This document shows, one piece after another, positions 29,186 through 38,354 of a DNA stretch of 64,000 nucleotides (position 1 is the first letter of the stretch; each line of letters begins with the position of its first letter). Origin of the DNA: Candidatus Iainarchaeum sp. (GTDB lineage: Archaea > Iainarchaeota > Iainarchaeia > Iainarchaeales > UBA10219). The position numbers and the translations under genes are program-made. Where the stretch lies: contig JAGVWE010000006.1 of assembly GCA_018304425.1 (NCBI GenBank), positions 71,281 to 135,280 on the forward strand, written 5' to 3'. The notes under the pieces are model-generated. The model searched no databases. It was not told the origin of the DNA and saw nothing but the letters and a program-made list of their open reading frames with translations.

Positions 29186-30142
29186 TCAACGCGCCCCCCG
29201 GTGCGGCTCCCGGGCAAACCATTCCACGGTTTGCTTCAAGCCCACGTCAAAGGAATGCCGGGGCGTGAACCCCAGCAGCCGCTTGGTCTTGGCCATGTCG
29301 GCCTGGGTGTGCAGCACGTCTCCCGGGCGGAGCGGCTGGTATTCCGGCTTCACCGAACGGCCCAGCAAGGCATTTACTTTGTCCAGTAGTTCGCGGACCT
29401 TGATGGAGTTGCCCTGGCCCACGTTGAAGACCTCGCCACAAGCCCGTTCCCCGGCCCTTAAAGCCGTTAGATTGGCATCCACGACGTTCTTTACATAGGT
29501 GAAATCGCGGGACTGCATGCCGTCGCCGTAGATGACGGGCGAGCGGCCTTCGAGCACGGACGAGATGAAGCGCGGGATGACCGAGGAATACTGCGAGCTG
29601 GGGTCCTGGCGTTCGCCGAAGACGTTGAAGTAACGCAGGCACACGGTTTCAAGGCCGAGGCACTCGTAAAACATGCGGCAATAGAGTTCGCCTCCCAGTT
29701 TCGAGACCGCGTAGGGGGAGAGCGGGCCGGGGAGAAGCGATTCGCCCAGCGGCATCTTTTCGGCGTTGCCGTACGCGGAGGAAGAGGCCGCGTAGACCAC
29801 GCGCTGGACATTGTTTTCCTTCGCCACTTTCAGCACCGTGTAGGTGCCATCCACGTTGACGCGGTTGTATTCGAGGGGCCGCTTGAAGGACTCAGGAACC
29901 GAGCGCAGCGCGGCTTCGTGGAAGACAAAGGCGCAGCCCTTCATGGCCCGTCCCAGCGTGTCCTCATTGAGGATGTCGCCTGACTGGAAATTGATTTGCT
30001 TCATCACGGCCGCGAGGTTCTGGCGGCTGCCCGTGGAAAGGTTGTCGAGCACGCGGACTTCAAAGCCCTTTTCGAGCAGGCCCTCCACCAGGTGCGAGCC
30101 GATGAAGCCGGCTCCCCCCGTAACCAGAACCCTTTCAGCCAT
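29186..30142 (-). CDS. UDP-hexose/HexNAc 4-epimerase (WbpP-like SDR)
   Basis: GGAGFIG, HEAALRSVP, SPYAVSK, RYFNVFG.RQDP.S.Y. Confidence 0.88.
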   Translation of the reverse strand: MAERVLVTGGAGFIGSHLVEGLLEKGFEVRVLDNLSTGSRQNLAAVMKQINFQSGDILNEDTLGRAMKGCAFVFHEAALRSVPESFKRPLEYNRVNVDGTYTVLKVAKENNVQRVVYAASSSAYGNAEKMPLGESLLPGPLSPYAVSKLGGELYCRMFYECLGLETVCLRYFNVFGERQDPSSQYSSVIPRFISSVLEGRSPVIYGDGMQSRDFTYVKNVVDANLTALRAGERACGEVFNVGQGNSIKVRELLDKVNALLGRSVKPEYQPLRPGDVLHTQADMAKTKRLLGFTPRHSFDVGLKQTVEWFAREPHRGAR

Positions 30143-30143
30143 T

Positions 30144-30929
30144 TCATCCCCCGTTGAATTCCTCGCGGGCCTTGCCAAGCTGCTCGAAGGAACCGATGTC
30201 AAACCACTTGTCCTTGAAGACGAAGCCCATGACTTGCTCGCGGGTGTGCAGCCATTCCAGGAAATAGCCGGGCGCGTCCGCCTTCCCGCCTTCCGCCAGG
30301 AACTGGCCTATGAGGCCAATGGCGGCCTTTGGGAAGAAGTAGATGCCGGTGGAAATCAGGTTGGACTTGGGTTCGAGGGGCTTTTCCTCAAACCCCTTGA
30401 CGAGGTTGCTGCCGTTGAGTTCCACCACCCCGAACTTGCCGGCCACCTCTGCCTTGGAGAGCCCGCCATACAGGCCCACGAGGGGCTTTCCAGCGCAGAC
30501 CTTGCCTTGCGAGGCTTTTCGCTGCGACTCAAACAACTCATAGGGGACGTTCAACGAGAAGTTGAACAGGTTGTCCCCGTTGACGACCATGAAGTCCTCG
30601 TCCAGCTTTTCCTCGTCGAAGACGTACTTGAGGTCTCCCATGGTGCCCAGCCGGTCCTCGTTGGACTGGGTGTGGTCGTTGATTATCTTTATCTTCACGC
30701 CGAAGTCGCGGTGCTTTTCCTGGAACTCTTCCAGCCAGTAGTCGAAGTTCTCGTAGAACCGGGCGTTCGTGACGATGAGGACTTCATCAATGGCCTTGAC
30801 TTCCCGTATCTTGGAGAGGATGTGCTCGAGGATGGGCTTGCCCTTGACTTCAAGCAGGGCCTTCGGCGTGTCCCTGGTCAACGGATACAACCTGGTAGCA
30901 TAGCCTGCCGCCGGAATGATGGCTTTCAT
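30144..30929 (-). CDS. Sugar-1-phosphate nucleotidyltransferase
   Basis: IPAAGYATRLYPLT..PK, NGDNLF, EEKP, WFDIG. Confidence 0.88.
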   Translation of the reverse strand: MKAIIPAAGYATRLYPLTRDTPKALLEVKGKPILEHILSKIREVKAIDEVLIVTNARFYENFDYWLEEFQEKHRDFGVKIKIINDHTQSNEDRLGTMGDLKYVFDEEKLDEDFMVVNGDNLFNFSLNVPYELFESQRKASQGKVCAGKPLVGLYGGLSKAEVAGKFGVVELNGSNLVKGFEEKPLEPKSNLISTGIYFFPKAAIGLIGQFLAEGGKADAPGYFLEWLHTREQVMGFVFKDKWFDIGSFEQLGKAREEFNGG

Positions 30930-30945
30930 TGGAATAACCTGTAAA

Positions 30946-32088
30946 CTACTTGGTCATCAGCTTGCGGACCGCGGCCGCGCTGCCCTGGGAGTTGAAGGCG
31001 GTCATGAAAATCCTGGCCTCGCTGTAGGCAACGGCTTCAATCGTGTCCTTCGTGGACTGCCGCACGCTGTAAATACGCGTAAAGAACTCCTTGATGGCGA
31101 ATTTGCCGTATTTGCCGAAGACCTCGACGTCGGACTTCATGCCCTTCTTCCGGGCTTCCCCGCCATAGGCCTTGAGCGTCCAGTCCCAGATGTCCTGGTA
31201 GAGGCCGGGCTCGCATACCTTGAAGACGTCGTAGACGAGGTTCATCCAGAAGGTGCCCACGTTGGCTTTGCTGATGTATTTCTTGGGGAACTGCGTCGCA
31301 ATCAGGTGCCTCGGGGTTCCCGTTACCCCGTGCTGGGCGATGCGCACCTTTTGTCCCAGCCGCTCCAGGGCCTGCGCGATTTCAAGGGTACGCGGCAAGT
31401 CAATCGACAACTGCTCGATGGGCATTCCCCGGTCATCGTAGAGGTTGCCGTGCGTGCTGCCATTGGAAGTGGCCAGCACGTGGGGGAAAACGCCGTTGGC
31501 GTTCAAGGCCTTGACGAAAGTGGTGGCTTCCTCGGGCTTCGTGATGATCATGCCGTGCTGGTCCTTCCAGCCGACTTCGCCGACTTCGACTTCGAGGCCA
31601 AACGGGGTCTTGCCCATGCGCTGCTGCAGCCATTTGACCATGTGGGTCGTGCACTCGATGTTTTTCTTGAGCTGGTCGGCAACGGTTTTCCCCTGCAAGT
31701 CGAACAGGAAGCTGGCGTCAACCGCAAAGCTGGTGTAACCGGCCTTGATTTGCGCGTCAATCAAGGCCTTGAGCTTGTCCATTTCCTCCTGCGAGCCCTT
31801 CTTGACCGGCAGGTGGTCGGCGTGCAGCGCCCATATATCCCAGCCCACTTGCTTGGCGGCCTTCTTGCATTCGGCCGCGAACGTTTCAGGCGTGAGGCCG
31901 GTGTAGCCGCCGTCCAGGTCGCACTCGGACTTGGCCAGCTCCAGGATGACCGCCGAATCCAGGTCCCTGGCCGCCCGGAGGATGCCGGGAATGACCAGGG
32001 CGATGCGGGCATTGGCCGCCATGACAATGGCTTCAAGGTCTTTCACGGCCTCGAAAAGGTAGTTCCCCGGAATAGGTCTGCCATGCAT
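30946..32088 (-). CDS. fba: Class II fructose-bisphosphate aldolase
   Basis: HADH, AVDAS, EVEVGEVG, GSTHG, AQHG.TG, KANVGT. Confidence 0.85.
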   Translation of the reverse strand: MHGRPIPGNYLFEAVKDLEAIVMAANARIALVIPGILRAARDLDSAVILELAKSECDLDGGYTGLTPETFAAECKKAAKQVGWDIWALHADHLPVKKGSQEEMDKLKALIDAQIKAGYTSFAVDASFLFDLQGKTVADQLKKNIECTTHMVKWLQQRMGKTPFGLEVEVGEVGWKDQHGMIITKPEEATTFVKALNANGVFPHVLATSNGSTHGNLYDDRGMPIEQLSIDLPRTLEIAQALERLGQKVRIAQHGVTGTPRHLIATQFPKKYISKANVGTFWMNLVYDVFKVCEPGLYQDIWDWTLKAYGGEARKKGMKSDVEVFGKYGKFAIKEFFTRIYSVRQSTKDTIEAVAYSEARIFMTAFNSQGSAAAVRKLMTK

Positions 32089-32112
32089 GATGACGCTCCA
32101 TTACTCCCTAAA

Positions 32113-33003
32113 TTACTCTTTAAAGCAGCGCTCAACTAAGGCGATTTCCTTTTTGCCGCCCACGTAGAGCGGCACTCTCTGCGACAATTGGGTGGGCAAA
32201 ACCTCTAAAACCTTTTGCATGCCGGTGCTGGCATCCCCGCCAGCGGCCAGGCAAAGGAAGGCGAGGGGCGCGCACTCGAAGAGGAGGCGCAGCTTGCCCT
32301 GCGGGGCCTCCCGGGTGGCAGGATAGGTAAAGAGGCCGCCGTAGTGCAGGATTTGGTTGAAGTCCGCGACAAAGCTGCCCGAAAACCGTATCTTATAGCC
32401 CTGGGCTTCCAGGCCCTCGATGAACCGCGCATGCGCCGGCAGGTACTCGGATTTCGCCCCCCCCGGCCCGAAAATCTTCTTGGAACCCAGGCGCAGGTTC
32501 TCCTCGCGCAAGCGGAACTTGCCTTTGGGGTCGGCCACGAACTCGTGCACGCCGCCGGCGCCCGCCACGCAGTACACGAAGGTAGTGAGGGGACCGTAGA
32601 GGATATAGCCCGCGGCGAGCAGGTCTCTTCCGGGCTTCCGAACCGAGTCCTTGTGGACGCCGAAAATGGTGCCCACCGCGAGGTTGGTTTCAATGCAGCT
32701 GCTGCCGTCCAGGGGGTCCATGCAGACCGCGAACGGCCCTCCCCCGCCTTCCACGACCTCGGCTTGTTCCTCGGAAGCGATTTCCCGGGTCAACCGGCTT
32801 TCCTTCAGGGCCGCGATGAAGTGGGCATCGGCCCACTTGTCAAGCTCCATTTGCTGCTCACCGTACACGTTGCGGGTGTCGGACAGGCCCTCTACCTGGA
32901 GGAACGCCTGGCGCACGGCCAGCCCCTCGCGCGCGAACAACTGGATGAGGCGCGCGAGCTTCGCGGGGACGTTCTGCTTCTTCAGGTGCTCGGACAACTC
33001 CAT
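32113..33003 (-). CDS. fbp: Class I fructose-1,6-bisphosphatase
   Basis: GEQQMELD, SEE, DPLDGSS, GKLRLLFE. Confidence 0.9.
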   Translation of the reverse strand: MELSEHLKKQNVPAKLARLIQLFAREGLAVRQAFLQVEGLSDTRNVYGEQQMELDKWADAHFIAALKESRLTREIASEEQAEVVEGGGGPFAVCMDPLDGSSCIETNLAVGTIFGVHKDSVRKPGRDLLAAGYILYGPLTTFVYCVAGAGGVHEFVADPKGKFRLREENLRLGSKKIFGPGGAKSEYLPAHARFIEGLEAQGYKIRFSGSFVADFNQILHYGGLFTYPATREAPQGKLRLLFECAPLAFLCLAAGGDASTGMQKVLEVLPTQLSQRVPLYVGGKKEIALVERCFKE

Positions 33004-33016
33004 TGCTTTCCCGCCT

Positions 33017-34300
33017 TCACTGGCCGACGCCGTAATACTCGAAGCCCGCGGCCTCGACTTGCTTGCGCGAGTAAAGGTTGCGGCCGTCAACGATTACCCG
33101 GCCATTCATCAGGGCTTTTACCTTCCGAAAATCGATTTCCTTGAACTCGTTCCACTCGGTCAACACCAACAGGGCGTCCGCCCCCTGCGCGCAGTCGTAC
33201 ACGGACTCGCAGTACGTGATGCCAGTCAACACCTTCTTCGCGGCCTCCTCGGCCACGGGGTCCATGGCCGAAACCAGGGCGCCCTTTGCCTTCAGGGCCC
33301 GGATGACTTCCAAGGAAGGGGCCTCCCGCAGGTCATCGGTGTTGGGCTTGAACGCCAGGCCCAAAACCCCTATCCGCCTCCCTTTAAGGCTTCCCAGGGC
33401 CTTCTCTAGTTTCCGGACGGCCAAGGTTTTCTGCAGGCGGTTGACTTCCTCAACCCCCTTCAAAATCCGGAAGTCATAGCCGGCCTTTTCCGCGGTCTTG
33501 GCCAGGGCCTTCACGTCCTTGGGAAAACAACTGCCCCCATAGCCAACCCCCGCGTTCAAAAAAGCGGGCCCGATTCTCGCGTCCAGGCCCATGCCTTCCG
33601 CGACTTTTTTCACGTCCGCCCCGACCAGGTCACAGACGTTGGCAATCTCGTTGATGAAGGAAATCTTCGTCGCGAGGAAAGCGTTGCTGGCGTACTTGAT
33701 GAGCTCGGCGGACTTGACGTCGGTGAAAATCATTTTTGCGCCGAGGGGCGCGTAGATTTCGCGCATGCGCTTCTCGGCCGCCACTGAACCGTTGCCGATG
33801 ACGACCCGGTCCGGCTTCATGAAGTCGTTGATGGCCGAGCCCTCGCGGAGGAACTCCGGGTTGGACACGACGTCGAACTCGCCCGCGTAAAACTTTGTCA
33901 CGGTGTCCCTGACGAGGCTGCCGGTTCCAACCGGGACCGTGCTCTTGTTCACGATGACCTTGTAGCCGTTCATGTTTTTCCCGATTTCTTCGGCGACCTG
34001 GATGACGAACCGGAGGTCGGCGTCGCCGTCCACGGACTCCGGCGTTCCAACGGCGATGAAAACGACGTCCGACTTTTCCACGGCCCCTCCGAGGTCCAAG
34101 CTGAAGGAAAGCCTCCCGGCCTTCGCGTTTTTTTCCACCAGTTCCTGGAGGCCGGGCTCGTAGATGGGAATAACTCCCCGGCGAAGGGATTCGATTTTTT
34201 CCTTGACCGCGTCCACGCAAACGACTTCGTGGCCCAACTCGCTGAGGCACGTGCCCAGGACCAGGCCGACATAGCCGCAACCCATGACCGCAATCCGCAT
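33017..34300 (-). CDS. ugd: UDP-glucose 6-dehydrogenase
   Basis: GCGYVG, PIYEPGL, KSTVPVG, NPEFLREG, GYGGSCFPKD. Confidence 0.95.
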   Translation of the reverse strand: MRIAVMGCGYVGLVLGTCLSELGHEVVCVDAVKEKIESLRRGVIPIYEPGLQELVEKNAKAGRLSFSLDLGGAVEKSDVVFIAVGTPESVDGDADLRFVIQVAEEIGKNMNGYKVIVNKSTVPVGTGSLVRDTVTKFYAGEFDVVSNPEFLREGSAINDFMKPDRVVIGNGSVAAEKRMREIYAPLGAKMIFTDVKSAELIKYASNAFLATKISFINEIANVCDLVGADVKKVAEGMGLDARIGPAFLNAGVGYGGSCFPKDVKALAKTAEKAGYDFRILKGVEEVNRLQKTLAVRKLEKALGSLKGRRIGVLGLAFKPNTDDLREAPSLEVIRALKAKGALVSAMDPVAEEAAKKVLTGITYCESVYDCAQGADALLVLTEWNEFKEIDFRKVKALMNGRVIVDGRNLYSRKQVEAAGFEYYGVGQ

Positions 34301-34319
34301 GAAATGACACCCAATTAGC

Positions 34320-34357
34320 AAAGGTATAGCCATTTTGAGGCAAAATACCTTTAAATA
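34320..34357. promoter_or_regulatory. Divergent promoter with inverted repeat
   Basis: AAAGGTAT (34320-34327) and ATACCTTT (34345-34352); the right arm overlaps TTTAAATA (34350-34357). Confidence 0.5.
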
Positions 34358-34388
34358 TGTGATGGATGCATATAGTGTATGAGCTAGT

Positions 34389-35201
34389 ATGAGCAGGGAA
34401 CGGGTTACGATTACCATCCGCAAGGACCTCCTGACCCAGGTGGACCGGCTAGTGGATGGGTCGACCATCCGGAGCCGGAGCCAGGCCATCGAGTCCCTGC
34501 TGAGCAAGCTGCTTTCCGAATTCCGGATAGGGCGGGCGCTCATCCTCGCGGGCGGGAAGAGCAAGCACTTCGCACCCGAGGAATCGCGGTTCCTGATGGA
34601 GCTACAGGGCAAGCCCCTCATCGAGCAGGTCATGAACGCCATCAACAGCTTTCACATCAGCAATTTCCTGGTGTATGTCGACGGGTTCAACCGCAAGGCC
34701 ATCGACGTGCTGGGCGCGCGCCGGCTGCCCTATCACGTGGACTTCCTGACCGAAGGGGAATCGAAGGGGACCATCGCCCCACTGCTCAAGGCCAGGCCCC
34801 AATTGAAGGAAACCTTCCTGGTGTCCTATGGGGATACCATCTGCTCGCTGAACCTCCACGACATGCTGGCACTCCACAAACAGAACAAGGCGCTCGCGAC
34901 CATCGCCCTGACAACCGTGAGCAACCCGAAGGACTATGGGGTCGTGATGCTGCAGGGCGGGAAGGTCAGCGAGTTCATCCAGAAACCGGAACAGGAAGCC
35001 AAGAGCTACCTCATCAACGCCGGCTACTTCCTCTTCGAGCCGCAGATTTTCGACTACCTCACCCCGAAGATGACCAGCCTGGAGAACGAGTTGTTCCCCT
35101 TGCTGGCGCAAAAGGGGCTGTTATACGGGTATCCCTTCCAGGGCAAGTACCTGAACGTGAACACCCCGGCCGAGCTGGAACGGGCGGAAATGCTGCTGTG
35201 A
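34389..35201 (+). CDS. RHH DNA-binding domain fused to a degenerate sugar-nucleotidyltransferase domain
   Basis: ERVTITI..DLL..VD..V...SRSQAIE (RHH) followed by ILAGGKSKHF...YGD...YGVV...INAGYF. Confidence 0.8.
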   Translation: MSRERVTITIRKDLLTQVDRLVDGSTIRSRSQAIESLLSKLLSEFRIGRALILAGGKSKHFAPEESRFLMELQGKPLIEQVMNAINSFHISNFLVYVDGFNRKAIDVLGARRLPYHVDFLTEGESKGTIAPLLKARPQLKETFLVSYGDTICSLNLHDMLALHKQNKALATIALTTVSNPKDYGVVMLQGGKVSEFIQKPEQEAKSYLINAGYFLFEPQIFDYLTPKMTSLENELFPLLAQKGLLYGYPFQGKYLNVNTPAELERAEMLL

Positions 35202-35264
35202 AATAGCCAAGCACCAAGGGAGGAAGGAAAGTATTTATAGTTCGTATACACTATAATATATTGT

Positions 35265-35801
35265 ATGACAAATAGGCTGGTGGTATCGGACAGCAGTTCG
35301 CTGATCCTTGCCACGAAGGCCGCGGTCCTGCAAACGCTGTGCATGTGCTTCGCAGTCCAAATCCCTGAAGCCGTATTCGAGGAAACCGTGGAAGCGGGCA
35401 AGCGCGCTGGAAAAGCGGATGCGTTAAGGATCGAAGAAGCCGTCGAAACCGGAAGAATAAAGGTCGCAAAAGTTGCGGCGCTAAAGGACAAAAAAATCGA
35501 AAAATGGCTGAAAGAACTCTGCCTGGGTGAAGGTGAAGAACAGGCCCTCAAGCTCTGCCTGCAAGTGAAAGCCAATCTCTTTCTGGTCGATGACCGCCAA
35601 GCTATCAACGCGGCGAAACTGCTGGAAATAAATTGGTCGACGTTGCCGGGCTTGATCGTGGGCCTCGCCGAAAAAAACAGGCTGGCGCCAGAGAAGGCAT
35701 TGGATGCCCTCCGCGTCCTCCAGGAAGAAGGAAGATATAAGCTGGATTTCATCCTCGACGCATTCAAAAAAATCGAAGCATTGAAGGAGGCGAAAAAATG
35801 A
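35265..35801 (+). CDS. PIN-fold protein (DUF3368-like)
   Basis: VVSDSSSLI, IPEAVFEE, LGEGE, LVDD. Confidence 0.8.
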   Translation: MTNRLVVSDSSSLILATKAAVLQTLCMCFAVQIPEAVFEETVEAGKRAGKADALRIEEAVETGRIKVAKVAALKDKKIEKWLKELCLGEGEEQALKLCLQVKANLFLVDDRQAINAAKLLEINWSTLPGLIVGLAEKNRLAPEKALDALRVLQEEGRYKLDFILDAFKKIEALKEAKK

Positions 35802-36112
35802 AGACCCAACTGGTTTCGGTAAGGCTCCCTGAAGAGGACCTCAAGATAATCGAACAAAAGACCAAGGAAGAAAAAATGGCTAAAACCACGGCTTTGAAGC
35901 AGATGCTGGCTCTTGGCATCAAGCAATACCAACTCGCAAGAGCCGTCGAAAGATACGGGCGGGGAAAGACCAGCCTCGGCAAGGCCGCCGAAGAAGCCGG
36001 TCTCACAGTATGGGAAATGATGGACTGCCTCAAGGAAAAAGGCGTGCCCAACCCCCTCACCGCCGAAGACTTTCGACAAAGCCGCAAAAACCTCGAAAAG
36101 GCGTTGCAGTAA
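35798..36112 (+). CDS. UPF0175 family antitoxin (RHH+HTH)
   Basis: VSVRL...Y.RGKTSLGKAAEEAGLTVWEMM. Confidence 0.8.
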   Translation: MKTQLVSVRLPEEDLKIIEQKTKEEKMAKTTALKQMLALGIKQYQLARAVERYGRGKTSLGKAAEEAGLTVWEMMDCLKEKGVPNPLTAEDFRQSRKNLEKALQ

Positions 36113-36304
36113 CCGATTGAATGGAACCCCGCCTACCGCGCAAAATGACTATTCATTTTTATCTGGCTTCCACTAACATTAAAGAAATAGCTAATAAACA
36201 CATTATAAGGCATTAAAATAATTAAACACGCAGCCTAAATCCGTCCAATTGCCTTAAGAGGCAATTTTAATAGGTTACTGGCCATAAACTTCTGGAGGCG
36301 ACAG

Positions 36305-36496
36305 ATGATGAAATCCGTGGAGAAATCGTTCCTTGCAGATGCGCTGAAAGCGTACGAAAACGGCCAGCTTACGCTCTGGCGAGCCGCAAAAAAGGCCGGC
36401 CTGTCCTTGTGGGAGATGATGGACGAATGCCAGCGCAAACAGGCTCAGGTGCCTTATTCGGTCAAAGACTTCGCAGAAGACATGGGGAAAGCATGA
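36305..36496 (+). CDS. Short UPF0175 paralog lacking the N-terminal RHH
   Basis: YENGQLTLWRAAKKAGLSLWEMMDE matches the C-half of the preceding gene. Confidence 0.7.
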   Translation: MMKSVEKSFLADALKAYENGQLTLWRAAKKAGLSLWEMMDECQRKQAQVPYSVKDFAEDMGKA

Positions 36497-37200
36497 TTCA
36501 CAAGGCATTCATCCTCGCCGGCGGCAAGGGGGAACGGTTGAGGCCCCTGACGGATGAAACGCCCAAGCCCATGCTGGAGGTCTCCGGCAAGCCCATCCTC
36601 CAGCATGCCATCGACTGGCTGGAATACCATGGCGTGCAGGAAATCGTGTTAGGCGTGGGCTACCAGCACGAAAAAATCATGCACTACTTTGGCAACGGCC
36701 GGCCGTCGGGCGCGAGGATAACCTACAGCGTGGAAGGAAAACCCCTGGGCACCGGGGGCGCGGTCAAGGCCGCCCAGGAAATGCTGGGCAAAGAGCCATT
36801 CATCATGCTGAACGGCGACAACCTGATGGACGTCGATTACCGGAAAATGGCGGCAGTCCACGAAAAAAACAAGGCGCTGGCCACGATTGCCCTGGTGGAA
36901 GTCAAGGACGTGACCGGTTACGGCGTGGCCCGGCTCCAGGGAGAAAAAATAACAGAGTTCGTGGAAAAACCCGCGCCTGGCCTGGAGCCCAGCAAGCGCA
37001 TCAATGCCGGCTGCTATGTCCTGGAACCCAAAGCCCTGGACTTCATCCCCGACGGCTTTTCCCTGATTGAAAAAACCGCTTTTCCCGCGCTCGCCAAGAA
37101 AGGCCGGCTCTACGCGTTTTCCCATGTTGGACAATGGTTTCCCACCGACGACCCCCCGAAATGGGAGGCCGCGAAAAAGGCCTGGAAGCCACCGGTGTAA
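36493..37200 (+). CDS. Sugar-1-phosphate nucleotidyltransferase (GMPP-like)
   Basis: ILAGGKGERLRPLT..PKPM, PLGTGGA, NGDNL, FVEKP. Confidence 0.88.
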   Translation: MIHKAFILAGGKGERLRPLTDETPKPMLEVSGKPILQHAIDWLEYHGVQEIVLGVGYQHEKIMHYFGNGRPSGARITYSVEGKPLGTGGAVKAAQEMLGKEPFIMLNGDNLMDVDYRKMAAVHEKNKALATIALVEVKDVTGYGVARLQGEKITEFVEKPAPGLEPSKRINAGCYVLEPKALDFIPDGFSLIEKTAFPALAKKGRLYAFSHVGQWFPTDDPPKWEAAKKAWKPPV

Positions 37201-37221
37201 GGAAGAGGCAAAGGTGAAAAC

Positions 37222-38346
37222 GTGGACAAACGCGTGGCAGGCGTCCTAGGCGCTTTCCTGGGCTTGCAGCTCCTGGCCTTGTTCCTGGGCCCGACCGGTT
37301 ACGTGGGCACGGACGGGGACGCGCACCTCCGCTACTACGAGTTCCTCGCCCAGGAAAAGCGGCACCCGGTCACGGCGGACTTCAAGGGCATGGCGGACCG
37401 CGAACTATTCCAGGTGCCCATCCTCTCCTACCTGCTGAACTACCCGGCCTGGGCGCTGGCAGGCTCGACCGGAGTCCGGTTCATGAACCTCGCGTGGACT
37501 GCGCTGGCCCTGCTGGTGTTCTGGCGTTTCGTGCTCAAAAGCCGCTGCAAAAAAAACAAGTGGCTGTGGCTGGCCCTGCCCTTGCTGGCCTTCCTCCCCC
37601 ACACGGTTTTCTACGCGCAGGCGGTGGGCCCCGAAGCCGTGCTGCTGCTGGCCTCCGCCCTCTCCACGGCTTTCTTCCTGCGGTTCCTGGACGGCAAAGG
37701 CAACGCGGGACTGAACGGCCTCGCGACCGGCCTGCCCTTGCTCGTGAAATTGAATGGCCTGGCCTTGCCTGCCGCAGCCCTGCTTTATTTGGGCTGGCGT
37801 TACTGGAAAGACAAAAAACTACCTGCCCGAGTCAAGCCCTTCCTTGCCGGCATGCTGGTGGTAATCGCCTGGTTCTTCGCCAACAACCTCTACCACTTCG
37901 GGAGGCTCATCCCGTTCGCGATGCCCTACACCCTGCGGCCACTGGCGAATTACCCGGCCTGCCTCCGGGAAACTCTGACCTCGTTCTGGGGCGGGCTGCC
38001 GGCCACGGAAACGCATCTCCCCCTACTGGCCGTCAAAGGCCTCCTGCTGCTGGTCCTGGGACTGGCCTTCCTCCGGTTCTTCCTGTCGAAGAACCAGCAA
38101 AGGGGCTTCCCGGCCTGCGTGGCCCTGACCTCCCTGGGCTTGTACGCCTTCAACGCCTTGTTCGCCTCGGGCAGCGAGTGGTGCACGCACTCCCGTTACC
38201 TCATCCCCCTCTACCCCGTGCTCGCCCTCGTCGTCGTGCAAGGCCTTCGGCAGGACAAGCCCAAGCCCCGGCTGCTGCAGGCCTGGATGGGATTGCTTTT
38301 TATTAGTGCCGTGGTTGAAATTGCCTTGTTTGCCGCGTTCCGGTAA
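37222..38346 (+). CDS. GT-C-like membrane glycosyltransferase
   Basis: DGDAH...P.L.Y...R...E...K...RYLIPLYP; multi-TM. Confidence 0.65.
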   Translation: MDKRVAGVLGAFLGLQLLALFLGPTGYVGTDGDAHLRYYEFLAQEKRHPVTADFKGMADRELFQVPILSYLLNYPAWALAGSTGVRFMNLAWTALALLVFWRFVLKSRCKKNKWLWLALPLLAFLPHTVFYAQAVGPEAVLLLASALSTAFFLRFLDGKGNAGLNGLATGLPLLVKLNGLALPAAALLYLGWRYWKDKKLPARVKPFLAGMLVVIAWFFANNLYHFGRLIPFAMPYTLRPLANYPACLRETLTSFWGGLPATETHLPLLAVKGLLLLVLGLAFLRFFLSKNQQRGFPACVALTSLGLYAFNALFASGSEWCTHSRYLIPLYPVLALVVVQGLRQDKPKPRLLQAWMGLLFISAVVEIALFAAFR

Positions 38347-38354
38347 GTGAAACC

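Noticed and set aside
34301-34645. N-terminal extensions in the ORF track for ugd (and for fbp, mtnP, the 38744, 36409 and 58936 ORFs)
   Set aside because: They overlap neighbouring genes or the tRNA; family motifs begin at the downstream ATG.
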